Shown here in pieces: positions 25,541-37,028 of a DNA stretch of 64,000 nt. The notes under the pieces were generated by a model that saw only the letters and a list, made by a program, of their open reading frames with translations, was not told the DNA's origin and did not search any database. Made by a program: the position numbers and the translations under genes. Source of the stretch: Chiloscyllium plagiosum. Lineage: Eukaryota. Numbering within the stretch: the first letter of the stretch is position 1; every line of letters starts with the position of its first letter. The stretch spans positions 1,940,749 to 2,004,748 of the forward strand of contig NC_057719.1 of assembly GCF_004010195.1 (NCBI RefSeq), given 5' to 3'.

Positions 25541-25700
25541 AAGGTTTGTGAAGGTTTGTAGCTCAGGTTGAGGTTTAGGGTGTGGGTTTGCTCGCTGAGC
25601 TGTAGGTTTGATATCCAGACGTTTCATTACCTGGCTAGGTAACATCATCAGTGGCGACCTCCAAGTGAAGCAAAGCTGTTGTCTCCTGCTTTCTATTTAT
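25541..25700 (-). mobile_element. Penelope-like 3' terminal fragment related to the 29752 family
   Basis: Shares the aaggtttgtga.gatttgtagctc terminus and an equivalently placed hammerhead with the 29752 element. Confidence 0.7.
25615..25654 (-). ncRNA. Minimal type-I hammerhead ribozyme motif (intact core)
   Basis: Minus strand reads CCA-CUGAUGA-U-GUUACCU(AGCC)AGGUAAU-GAAAC-GUC-UGG: stem I CCA/UGG, 7-bp stem II, full core, GUC cleavage triplet. Confidence 0.8.
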
Positions 25701-26270
25701 TGCTTTGTTGCTTCTCTGAAAAGAGAGTGGATGCTGTCTCTTTAAGATCTGGAAGCTTTCCGCCAATGTATTGTTCACACACAGACTGCCTACCTGCCCA
25801 GGAGCCAATCAGGGTGTTGTTGTTGTGCTGATGATTCCTGACCCACAGAACAGTCCTGATTGGTTTTTCAATCAACAGGCTCCCTGTGGGCAAAACTGCC
25901 CTGAACAGAGCCAATGAGTTCAGTAATCCTCCCTCACTGCTTGAACGAGGTGTAACTACAACTCAGAATGGGTTCCGGTAACTTGTTTAGAAGTACAGCA
26001 TCTCCTTCCACAGTTTCCTTGGTTTATAGCAGACTTTTCTGATTTTGTCCATAACCCAAAATAAAGAAAAATAAAAAAAGACGTAGTCTTTACAGTTCCA
26101 TTCCTCTATGTATAAAGCCAAGTAATCAATACACTTTTGCAACAAGCTTATCAACTTGGCCTGCCATCTTCAAGGACTTTGTGTACTCTTTAAATAAACC
26201 AATAAAGTAAGCAAGAGCCAAATGAACTAATTAAACCAAAGTGACCGATAATTGTCCCTTACAGGAACAC

Positions 26271-26426
26271 GGAGGAGAAACTGAGGACTGCAGATGCTGG
26301 AGTACCAGAGTTGAAAAATGTGGTGCTGGAAAAACACAGCAGGCCAGGCAGCATCCGAGGAGCAGGAATCCTGAAGAAGGGCTTATGCCCGAAACATTGA
26401 TTCTCCTGCTCCTTGGATGCTGCCTG
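26271..26426. mobile_element. Fold-back pLTR insertion with 14-bp TSD
   Basis: ccttacaggaacac at 26257-26270 and 26427-26440. Inverted arms aggcagcatccgaggagcagga / tcctgctccttggatgctgcct around a hammerhead core at 26371. Confidence 0.85.
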
Positions 26427-26696
26427 CCTTACAGGAACACATCTGATTGTCAAAGGAAAGTTCCAAACTTTAGATTAAAATTTGTGTAGGGATGGGGGAG
26501 GAGGTGGGGTTAGAGGTGGAGTTGATGCATTTCAGGTCCTGTGATACCCATGGTTGTTTTCGGCATACCAATGGAAGGATTTGTGTACATAGGCATTGGA
26601 GTCTCTCTACTCATCAGCACGTTCACAAAATTGTGTGCTTCTCCGGAGGGGCAGTGTAATGAATATTGTTTTTTTTCTCTCCTTTTTCTATCTCAG

Positions 26697-26761
26697 TGTC
26701 TCAGTCCTGATCTTCAATTCTACACAGGAGTCCTTTATCCTGGTCAAGCAGTTCCGCCCAG
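26697..26761 (+). CDS. NUDT14: NUDT14 coding exon (probable exon 3), (S)VSVLIFNSTQESFILVKQFRP(A)
   Basis: ttttctatctcAG acceptor and G|gtaatc donor. 65 nt, in frame with the previous exon. Carries the LVKQFRP motif of NUDT14/ADP-ribose pyrophosphatase-like Nudix proteins. Confidence 0.95.
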
Positions 26762-29700
26762 GTAATCTTTGCTCAGAAGTGTGTGTTTTGCTATCTGCAG
26801 AGATTTGGAATCCAAGCAGTATACAGTGGGCTGTTTGTGGAAGTGTCCCTTGTTTTGAGGGAAGACCTACAGGAATGGGTAGATGAATATAAACTGGAGC
26901 TCAGCACCAGTGAGATATATCCCAGCGATGCTGTGGAGTAAGGCACCAACTAGCAGTCAGGATAACCCCCACATCAGCTGATGTTTGCTAGGGCTATTGT
27001 CTGTCGACAGGATCAGATTACCTGTGACATTTGAGTGTCTCACCAACATGCTCTTGCTCACATTAATAACTCATTGGGCAAATTACTGGACAGTAGTTAT
27101 CACCTACAAAATGATACCTCTGTGGGCATCAGGTGAAAAGGAGCTCTCAGTTGACTTTATGGATGGCATAAAGTTAATAATCCACCTGTCTGTTGCTCAA
27201 AAGATTATGGGTTCAAGTCCCGCTCCAGTACTTGTTGCACATTCTAACAGCCTGGTGTAATATTACTTGAGGGATCACATGACAGGTTGAGAAAGGGAGG
27301 ATAATGTCCTGACCAAACAGATTGAGTAGAGTTGAGAGTGTAGTGCTGGAAAAGCACAGGAGGTCAGGCAGCATCTGAGGAGCAGGAGAATAGACATTTC
27401 GGACATAAGCCATTCATCAGAAAAAGATTGATTAGTTATTGATGTCATTTTTAATGGGATAACGATGCTCACAAGTTGTCTGCTATATTTGTCTAAAAAG
27501 CCTGTGATTCCCTGGCTGTGGATCAAGCACCCTGGGGAGTGCTCAGGATCTTTACCTCATTGGTGGATCTGGTTGGGATGCTGTTCAAAGGGTCAGTCTG
27601 AAATTGATGGGCCGAGTTGCCTGCTTCCACACTGTCGAGATTTTGTGGTTCTGATCTGGAATGTGATGTCTGAGAGGGCGGTGGAAGCAGGCTCAGTAGT
27701 AACTTAAAAAAGGAATAAGTACTTTGTGGGGAAGAGTCTGGATTTATTTTGGAAAACTGTGGATGTACTTTGGAAGAAAGTGGTGTTTGTCCACAGATCC
27801 CTGAAGGTGGCAGGATAGTACCAGGGTCATAAAGAAAGCAGGCAGGACACTTGCCTTTATCAGCCAAGATATAGATTATCAAAGCAGGGAGATTATGTTG
27901 GAAACAGAAATTGCTGGAAATACTCAGCAGGGTCTGGAAGCATCTGTGGAGAGAAGGCAGGATTAACACCTTGTATCCAGTGAACCTTCCTCAGAACACT
28001 GGGGAGGTGGTCCTGAGAGAGGTGCATAAGATTATGAGGGGCGTGGACAGGGTGGATAGAGCTGTTCCCTTTAGTTAAAGGGTCAGTAACAAGGGGGCAA
28101 CATTGTAAGGTGAAGGTTTAGAGAGGATTTGAAGAAACATTTTTTTTAACCCAAGGGTGCTGAGCATCTGAAATGCACGGTCTGGGCGGGGAGTTGAGGT
28201 GGGAAACTTCACAACCTTTAAAATGTACTTGGATGAGAACTTGCAATGTCATAACATTGAAGGCGATGGGCCACGTGCGGTAAAGTGGGATGATATAGCA
28301 TAGCCTTTTGGCGCAGACTTAATGAGTCATAGGCATCTTCTGTACCTGTATGATTCTATTGTACTGGGCTATGGGGAAAGAGAGATGGGAATTGGATAGC
28401 TCTTTTAAAGAGCAGCTAGAGGGCTATTGAATAGAATAGCCACCTATGTTGTATGATTCCGTGATACTGAACCCAAGATGACTCGATGGTTGCTTAAATA
28501 ATAGAAGGTTACAGTCAAGAAGGTGAAGTCTGCATTCTGAGATGAAGTCTCAAAGTCACTAATAAAGAAGGTCTCTTTCCTTACAGGACAGTGAACCTTG
28601 TGAAACATGCATACCTACATTGGCACCTATACAGGACTGGCTTAGTATCTGTTGGGAAGAGCAGACTGAGAGTTGAGTGGACATAGCCATACTGTCTGAT
28701 TTGTTCAGATGGGGTCAGCAGGTAGTGAAACTCAGACAGGCTCTTTGATATGACTTTGACAAACTGCTCTGGACAGAGTGAGTAGCAGTCTTCTCGATTT
28801 GCTTATGCAAGAGTAAGGTTTGGTGTTTTTGAACATGCCAGAACGGTGGTAACACAGACTGCTCCTGGAACAGGAGGAAAGCAGCATGCATTGTTTGTAC
28901 ATTTTTACCTTTATCAACACCATGTAATTTGTACCCCTGTTGCCCCCTGTCTCATTCTTTATCCTGCTATCTGAAAAGCTTGTCTTGGCAAAGCATTTAA
29001 TTGAAATGCATTCAAGTGCCTGATTTCATTTCCAACCAAAGCCTTTTTTAGTTTGGGTTAGCCTTTGCTGCACTATTATGTGTAAACGAGTTTAGTTAAA
29101 CATATACTGGGTAAATTGCCTTTGATCACTGAAGCATTGCTGTAGCCTGCACTGGCCTGTGGCTAATCTCTGCATTGATCTAATAGCATGTGGAGGCTGG
29201 AGTCAGTCTGTTATTTTCTATTTCCACTGACAGCACGCGCGCGCGGGAGTCTATAGAAATAATACCAGGTTCCTGAGCCTTCCCTCCACTGAAGATGGGA
29301 AGGTTGGATGGACTGGGGGAGGGGGGGAGGTGAGGGTGTCTTCATTTGTACAGCGAAGACTGAGAGGAGATGTGATTGAAATGAGGGGCCCAGGGTGGAT
29401 CTTATTCCTCTTCTTTAGGGGATTCATAGCCAACGGTATCGATTTAGAGGTGGGAGATTTGAGGGAAAAGCTTTTCATCCGGAGAGTAGAGAGAATCTGG
29501 AACTCACTGCCTGGGAAGTACTCAAGGCAGAAACCCTCAGGATACTGAAAACTGCATAGGAAGGTGCCGTGGTGGTGTGGAGAGGAGTGGACCAGGGTAT
29601 CAGGGAGACAATAGTGCCTATTGGATGCTGACAGTGGAGGAAGGAAGATGTGTTTAGTGGTGATATCCTGCTGGAGGTGGCAGAAATGCTTGGGTGAATT

Positions 29701-29824
29701 TTCCTGATACTGACCAGCACAGAAGTAAAACTTCTAAGAAATGCCCTGATCAAAGTTTGTGAGAAGATTTGTAGCTCGGGTGCTCGTTGCTGTGGTTCTG
29801 TTCACCGAGCTGGAAGTTTTTGTT

Positions 29825-29864
29825 GCAAACGTTTCGTCCCCTGTCTAGGTGACATCCTCAGTGC
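29825..29864 (-). ncRNA. Minimal hammerhead ribozyme motif in Penelope terminal repeat
   Basis: GCA-CUGAGGA-U-GUCACCU(AGAC)AGGGGAC-GAAAC-GUU-UGC, with palindromic AAACGUUU stem III region. Confidence 0.72.
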
Positions 29865-30524
29865 TTGGGAGCCTCCTGTGAAGCGCTTCTGTGGTGTTTC
29901 CTCCGGCATTTATAGTGGCCTGTCCCTGCCGCTTCCGGTTGTCAGTTTCAGCTGTCCGCAGTAGTGGTCGGTATTTTGGGTCCAGGTCTATGTGTTTGTT
30001 GATGGAATTTGTGGATGAGTGCCATGCTTCTAGGAATTCCCTGGCTGTTCTTTGTTGGCTTGCCCTATAATGGTAGTGTTGTCCCAGCCAAATTCATGTT
30101 GCTTGTCGTCTGCGTGTGTGGCTACTAAGGATACCTGGTCGTGTCGTTTCGTGGCTAGTTGATGTTCGTGGATGCGGATCGTTAGCTGTCTTCCTGTTTG
30201 TCCAATATAGTGTTTTGTGCAGTCCTTGCATAGGAGTTTGTACACTACGTTGGTTTTGCTCATGCTGGGTATCGGGTCCTTCATTNNNNNNNNNNNNNNN
30301 NNNNNNNNNNNNNNNNNNNNNNNNNNNNNNNNNNNNNNNNNNNNNNNNNNNNNNNNNNNNNNNNNNNNNNNNNNNNNNNNNNNNNNNNNNNNNNNNNNNN
30401 NNNNNNNNNNNNNNNNNNNNNNNNNTACAGCGGATAGCTGAAACTGACAACCGGAAGCGGCAGGGACAGGCCACTATAAATGCCGGAGGAAACACCACAG
30501 AAGCGCTTCACAGGAGGCTCCCAA

Positions 30525-30564
30525 GCACTGAGGATGTCACCTAATCAGGGGACGAAACGTTTGC
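30525..30564 (+). ncRNA. Minimal hammerhead ribozyme motif (inverted partner copy)
   Basis: GCA-CUGAGGA-U-GUCACCU(AAUC)AGGGGAC-GAAAC-GUU-UGC; differs from the 29825 copy only in loop II. Confidence 0.72.
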
Positions 30565-31134
30565 AACAAAAACTTCCAGCTCGGCGAACAGAACCACAGC
30601 AATGCCCTGATCTTTTTTAGAAAAAATTCTTTTGTCCACACTGAGTGAGCAGATCAATTATAATTTAATATGTCACCCAAGATTCCCTCTGTACCAGGTG
30701 AACCTGTTACTGAGGACAGTGGGGCTTCTCTCTCATTAGAAAGATAGTGGCTTAACCCCAAGGTCACATGCCTCTGGTGAGGGGAGAGGTTGAGAAGGTA
30801 GAACTTGATGGTGACCCCATTATGTTGGTATCACTGTACAATGCAGCTGTCCAATCAACTGAGCTAACTGGCCCATCTATTCTAGACTGGCAATGCCTTA
30901 AATTTGGAAGTCTGGACTCTGCCTTGAATCTGCATTCAGACACTGCAGTGGGAAAGGTGAGGCTAAATGATTTCCTGCACTTCAACACTCCATCTGTACC
31001 TCCTTGAAAGTCCTTCAGTTCAAAACCTGCCATTCGTTCAACACGAGTAAAGAGGCCACAGGTGGACAAAATACAGCTTTTAGATTGAAGCAGGTCTCAG
31101 TCTGGGTGCTGAGGTGAGGTACCTATCCGCCAGG

Positions 31135-31328
31135 AGAAAGTGAGGACTACAGACAGATGCTGGAGATCAGAGTCAAAAAGTGTGGTGCTGGAAAAGCACA
31201 GCAGGTCAGACAACATCCGAGGAGCAGGAGAGTCAACGTTTCAGGCATAAGCCCTTCATCAGGTTGACTCTCCTGCTTCGCGAATGCTGCCTGACCTGCT
31301 GTGCTTTTCCAGCACCACACTCTTCGAC
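31135..31328. mobile_element. Fold-back pLTR insertion
   Basis: Arms gtgtggtgctggaaaagcacagcaggtcag / ctgacctgctgtgcttttccagcaccacac. The inversion point is next to a minus-strand hammerhead (about 31230-31265). Confidence 0.82.
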
Positions 31329-32277
31329 ACCTACCCTTCAGGACAGAAGAAAGACAATCATCAGGTAGAGTGACACTTAGAGCCTTTTGATAAGTGCCAG
31401 AGCTAATAATTGGTAATAGCATCCAAGAAGCTGAATGAATTTATACTGACTGTCTGCAGTAGAACTCAGTCAACTCCATATCCTCTCTGCTTTTCTCAGT
31501 CGTCCTATAAATTTGTTCTCTTTACAGTCATGAACAAACCTAATCAAAGGTGGTATAGTTCATTCCTGAAAACAGGTATTATTGATAGATCTTAGCTGCA
31601 CAAGTAATGTGGCTAATGGACTGGGAAGCAAAGTTTAAAGGGGAAATGTGTTTAAGGGCCAAGGGTGTAAACTGTGTGCTGCACTTTATGAAGATTTCAA
31701 GTCAGTACAAATATTTCTGCCTTCACTGGGGAGCTGTGAGTTGTCCTCTTCAGCATAGTGTAGATTTTATGAAGGACACTGAATAAAGTTGAGCTAAGGT
31801 ACTAGTGAATGGTACAATGGATGGGAGACTTCAGTAATGAGGAGAGAAGCTGGGATTGATCATTTTATAGTAGACAGGATTAAGGCGAGTGTTACGGGAT
31901 GTTCAGAATGATGAGGGGCACTGGCAGAATACATAAGGAGAAACAATTTTTACTGGCGTAGGATCAGTAACAAGAGGATAGGATTAAAGTTATTTGCTGA
32001 AAGAAGCCAAGAGGTGATGGCGTGAATCGTTTTACATGCTGTGTTGTTGTGATCCGAAACACACAGCCTGAAAAGGTGCTGGAAGAGGATTCAGAAATAA
32101 CTTGCAAATGGGAATTAGGTCAACACTTTTAAAGGGAACATCTACCATGCTATGGTAATAATGCTATGGGAATAATTGGACAGCTCTTAGCTGGCAACAA
32201 AGGGCAAATTGGCCACCTCGAGTGCTGTTAGTATCTGTGGTGAAATGTTGCTGAGTCTTGTAGTCCTTCATTTGCAG

Positions 32278-32515
32278 CTGTCTACATGAGTGAGTGTGCA
32301 AGGCAAGGGTTGGTACCACCCGATGAGACAACTGAAGATGATTCTTCTCACTCAGTCAAACTCCTGCCTGCGTCTGTTGGCGTGACCTACGAGCTTTGTG
32401 CTGGAATTGTCGATAAGCCAGGGCTTTCTCTGCAGCAAATAGCCAAGGAAGAGGTTTTGGAGGAATGCGGCTACAATGTGCCAGTGGAAAAGTTGCAGAA
32501 GATTACCTCATACAG
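32278..32515 (+). CDS. NUDT14: NUDT14 coding exon (probable exon 4) containing the Nudix box ELCAGIVDKPGLSLQQIAKEEVLEECGY
   Basis: tttgcAG acceptor and AG|gtgagt donor. 238 nt, frame compatible. NUDT14-type Nudix motif (recalled human [28 protein letters not shown]). Confidence 0.96.
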
Positions 32516-32852
32516 GTGAGTGCATCCAGAAGGTAATGGGGCTGTGCCTGCAGCTGTGGAGGTTACCTGATCACGAGTGCAGAGACTTCCAGTTTCCTCA
32601 CTGACACAAATACCAAACAGGTTGGAAGAAAGGGAAGGAGGAACCTCTGTAGAAGAGGACAACTAACTAAACTCTGACCTGGGAGCATTTCATAGGACAG
32701 TGACGGTGGGCTTTTACTCTAAATAATGCCTGGTGATCCTTCTCTGTGAGGGTTCAATGAGGTAGCCTATTGGGAGTTTTACTCTGTGTCTGACCCCTAT
32801 GCTGTACCTATCCCGGCATGTGTTTGATAGGGACAGTGTAGAGAGAGCTTTA

Positions 32853-33079
32853 AAAACAAACACAGAAATTGCTGGAAAAGCTTAGCAGGTCTGGCTGCAT
32901 CTGTGAAGAGAAATTAGAGTTAATGTTTCAGATCCAGTGTCCCTTCCTCAGAGGGTCAGCAGACACAAGATGTTAACTCTGATTCCTCTTCACAGATGCT
33001 GCCTGACCAGCTGAGCTTTCGAAGCAATTTCTGTGTTTGTTTCTGATTCACAGCGACCACAGTTTTTTTCGGTTTTTAA
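32853..33079. mobile_element. Fold-back element of a further pLTR-type family with 14-bp TSD; related copies at ~7250-7345, 10690-10820, 14570-14725 (fold-back), 27900-28000, 50885-51015, 63200-63270
   Basis: tagagagagcttta at 32839-32852 and 33080-33093. Arms aaacacagaaattgct..ctcagcaggtctggcagcatctgtg. Degenerate CTGAGGAAGGG...GAAAC core at the centre. Confidence 0.78.
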
Positions 33080-33094
33080 TAGAGAGAGCTTTAC

Positions 33095-34525
33095 CCTGTA
33101 TTTTGCCACTCCCCTAGCCAAGCTCTTCCAGTACAGCTACAACACTGGTTATTTATCCAACAATGTGGAAAGTGACCAGGTATGTTCTGTACACAAAAAA
33201 CAGAACATATTTAATTACCGTCCCATCAGTCTACTGTCAAACATCAGTAAAGTGATGGATGGGGTCATCAATGGTGCTATCAAGCAGCATCTGCTCAGTG
33301 ACACCCAGTTTGGGTTCTGCCAGGGCCACTCAGCTCCTGACCTCATTCCAGCCTTTGTTCAAACATGGACAAAAGAGCTGAATCCCGGAGGGGAGGGGAG
33401 AGTGATAGCCCTTGATATCAAGGCTGGATTTGACAGAGTGTGGCATCAAGGAGCCCTGGCAAAACTGGAATTGATGGGAATCAGGGGCAGACTCTGCTGG
33501 TTGGAGTCATACCTGATACATCGGAAGATGGTTGTGGTTATTGGAGGTCAGTCACCTCAGCTCCCGGACATCTCTGCAGGAGTTCCTCAGGATAGTGTCC
33601 TAGGCCCAACCATCTTCAGCTGCTTCATCAATTACTTTCCCTCCATTAAAAAGGTCAAAATTGGGATGTTCACTGATGATTTCACGATGTTCAACACCAT
33701 TTGCAGCTCCTCAGATATTGAAGCAGTCATGTTCAAATGCAACAAGATCTGGACAATGTCCAAGGGTGGGCTGACAAATGGCAAGTAAAATGACGCCACA
33801 CGCCACAAGGCAAACCATGCTCAATAAGGGATAATCTAATCACCACCTCTTGACATTCCCCACTGAATCCCCCACATCCTTGGGATTACCATTGACCAGA
33901 AACTCAACTGGATTCGCCACATGCATATAGTGGATACAAGAGTAGGTCAGAGGTTAGGGATACTGCAGGAAGTTTCTCACCTCCTGAATCCCCAAAGCTT
34001 GTCCACCATCTACAAGGCACAAGTCAGGAGTGTGATGGAATACTCCCCACTTGCCCTGGATGGGGGCAGCTCCAACAACACTCAAGGAGCTTGACACCGT
34101 CCAGGACAAAGCAGCCGCTTGATTGGCCCCACATCCACAAACACCCACTCCCTCCACCACACCAATGCTCAGTAGCAGCAGTGTGTACCATCTACAAGAT
34201 GCACTGCAGAAACTCACCAAAGATCCTCAGGCAGCACCTTCCAAACCCACGACCACTTCCATCTAGAAGGAGAAGGGCAGTAGATAATGGGAACACCATC
34301 CCCTGCAAGTTCCCTCCAAGCCACTCAGCATCCTGACTTGGAAATATACTGCTGTTCCTTCACTGTCACTGGGTCAGAATCCTGGGATTCCCTCCTTAAG
34401 GTCAACCTACAGCACATGGACTGCAGCAGTTCAAGAAGGCAGCTCACCCCCACCTTCTCAAGGGGCAGCTAGGGAAGGACAAGAAATCCTGGCCAGCCAA
34501 CAATGCCCATGTCTCACTCCTACAA
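33095..34525 (+). mobile_element. Same LINE family as 18215, degenerate RT + 3' tail
   Basis: NYRPISLLSNISKVMDG, ALDIKAGFDRVWHQG, SAGVPQDSVLGPTIF and GMFTDD motifs. Confidence 0.9.
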
Positions 34526-34529
34526 AAAA

Positions 34530-34900
34530 TATCTAACCTTGTATTGTCCCTGAATTCTTAGTATTTGATGGATACAGTGTAGAAGGAGCTTTACTTTGTA
34601 TCTAACCCCGTGCTGTCCCTGTCCTGGGAGTGTTTGATGGGGACAGTGTAGAGGGAGCTTTACTCTGAATCTAACCTCATGCTGTCTCCCTGTCCTGGGA
34701 GTGTTTGATGGGGACAGTGTAGAGGGACCTTTACTCTGTATCTAACCCCGTGCTGTCCCTGTCCTGGGAGTGTTTGATGGGGACAGTGTAGAGGAAGATT
34801 TATTCTGTATCTAACCCCATGCTGTCCCTGTTGCTGAGAGTGTTGGATGGGGACAGTGTAGAGGGAACTTTACTCTGTATCTAACCCAGTGCTGTATCTG
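34530..34900. repeat. ~69-bp minisatellite (CTAACCCCGTGCTGTCCCTGTCCTGGGAGTGTTTGATGGGGACAGTGTAGAGGGAGCTTTACTCTGTAT); degenerate units also at 32670-32852
   Basis: Unit starts at 34602, 34671, 34742, 34811 and 34881. Confidence 0.9.
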
Positions 34901-36513
34901 CCATTGTCTTGGCAAGTATACAGAGATAGTTATGTATGTAATCAGCAATAGTGATTTCTCTGCACAGTTCTTGAGAACGTTGAAGCTATTAATCTCCCTT
35001 AAATGAGTTTGACCGAGTATGCACCTGTCCCTTTGTGTCATATATTGATCATTGTCTCAGTTTAGTTTCAGAATGATTACATTTCACCTGTTCTTGTAGT
35101 TTTTAATTCCTTATAATGTCTACTGTGTACAAACCTTTGAAAATAGTACAAACAGTGGAATAGATAAGGGAGCCTATCTGGTTTCCCAATCTGAGATAGT
35201 AACAGTCTATTCATAAACTGTCAGTGCTGGTTTGTTTTTATGTTATTGTCATTCACTCTGTTTCCTCCTCTATCTGTGCGAATGTCTCCTCTCTTCTGAA
35301 AATGTAGGGTCGCGTCGGGGTACTGGAGGTTTGCTGGGTATTTATTACCCTCTTGTCACTTCTCAAAGTCTGCTGGTTCTTCCAAGGTACAGGGCATTGA
35401 AAGGCCTGTGAGACAATCATGTGGTGCACCAGCCTGAGAGCCACTCCCAGCCACTGTCTAACTATGATTATTATACAGTGGTCGGGGGCAGAAACCTGAG
35501 CTGACTTCTCTCCCTCTCCATTACAGAGGATAGCAATTCTAATTGTATCTCTCTCGACTGCCAGCAAGCCAGCAACCTCAACACCGATAACGAATGACAC
35601 ATGATTGATATAAATCTTCAGATTACATCAGGTGATCAACTTAGAAACACAGCTGGGGGAGCCAGGAACACAGGTACAGGAGTAGGCCATTCTGCCCATT
35701 GATCCTATCCCACTATTTAATATAGTTATGGCTGATCAAACACCTTCGTGGCTTTTATCTACCACATTCCAAAGTCCTTATCCCACTGATAATCCAAAAT
35801 TTATCAACCTGTACCTTAAACATACCCAGAGACTGAGCTTCCATAGCCATCTGTGTTACAGAATTCCAACAATTCATAACCCTCTGAGTAAAACATTTTC
35901 TCTTCATCTTTGACTTAAGTGGCATCTCCCTTATTTTTAAATTGTGCCCCTAATTCTAGACTAATTCAGTCCCGCCATCCCAACCTCCATTGCACTCCCT
36001 CATGGCAATATCTTGTCTGAGGTAAGGAGACCAAACCAGCAGACAGTGCTGCAAGTGTGGGCTAACCAAACTCCTGTACAATTAACACCAGACTTCACTA
36101 CTCCTGCACTCAAATCCTCTTGCAATAAAGGTTAACATTCCATTAGCCTTCCTAACCGGGGAAGCAAATACTCGTTCGCTGGAAAAGCCCATTACATACT
36201 GCAGTTTATTGTGGACTGCTGACCACCAGTGAGCTTCAGAGAGTGAGGAGATTGCAGGTTGTCTATGGAGAGTGCTGGTTGTCGATAGATAATGCTGATC
36301 GTCTGTGGAGAGCACTGGTGAGCAATGGAGAGCACCAGCAGTCTCCACACAGTGTCAGTTGACTTCAGAGACTGCTGATGGGGTATGCAATGTGTGTCGA
36401 GTAGGCCAATAGATACAGGAATTGGCACAGGAGAACTAAGAATACTGATGGCCTACAACATGTCAGGGTTAGAAGAAACGTCAGACCAATGCAGGGAGTG
36501 CTGTGGATGGGAG

Positions 36514-37028
36514 GCTGCAGGGAGGGCCTGCAGGGAGGGCCTGCAGGGAGGGCCTGCGGGGAGGGCCTGCAGGGAGGGCCTGCAGGGAGGGGCTGCAGGG
36601 AGGGGGCTGCGGGGAGGGNNNNNNNNNNNNNNNNNNNNNNNNNNNNNNNNNNNNNNNNNNNNNNNNNNNNNNNNNNNNNNNNNNNNNNNNNNNNNNNNNN
36701 NNNNNNNNNNNNNNNNNNNNNNNNNNNNNNNNNNNNNNNNNNNNNNNNNNNNNNNNNNNNNNNNNNNNNNNNNNNNNNNNNNNNNNNNNNNNNNNNNNNN
36801 NNNNNNNNNNNNNNNNNNNNNNNNNNNNNNNNNNNNNNNNNNNNNNNNNNNNNNNNNNNNNNNNNNNNNNNNNNNNNNNNNNNNNNNNNNNNNNNNNNNN
36901 NNNNNNNNNNNNNNNNNNNNNNNNNNNNNCGGGGAGGGACAGCGGGGAGGGACTGCGGGGAGGGACTGCGGGGAGGGACTCCGAGGAGGGACAGCGAGGA
37001 GGGACTGCGGGGAGGGGCTGTGGGGAGA
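36514..37028. repeat. G-rich 13-bp minisatellite (CTGCRGGGAGGGM)n spanning an assembly gap
   Basis: Tandem ctgcagggagggc left of the gap and ctgcggggaggga right of it. Confidence 0.9.

Larger units (their letters stand above)
29752..30600. mobile_element. Penelope-like element in inverted (head-to-head) arrangement with 12-bp TSD
   Basis: Minus-strand GIY-YIG ORF (30030-30284) near-identical to the 58956 copy, and a plus-strand copy of the same 3' end at 30426-30600. Flanked by aatgccctgatc at 29740-29751 and 30601-30612. The junction lies in the N gap. Confidence 0.88.

Noticed and set aside
29234..29245. Short alternating purine-pyrimidine run gcacgcgcgcgc (Z-DNA potential)
   Set aside because: Too short and isolated to support a functional claim.
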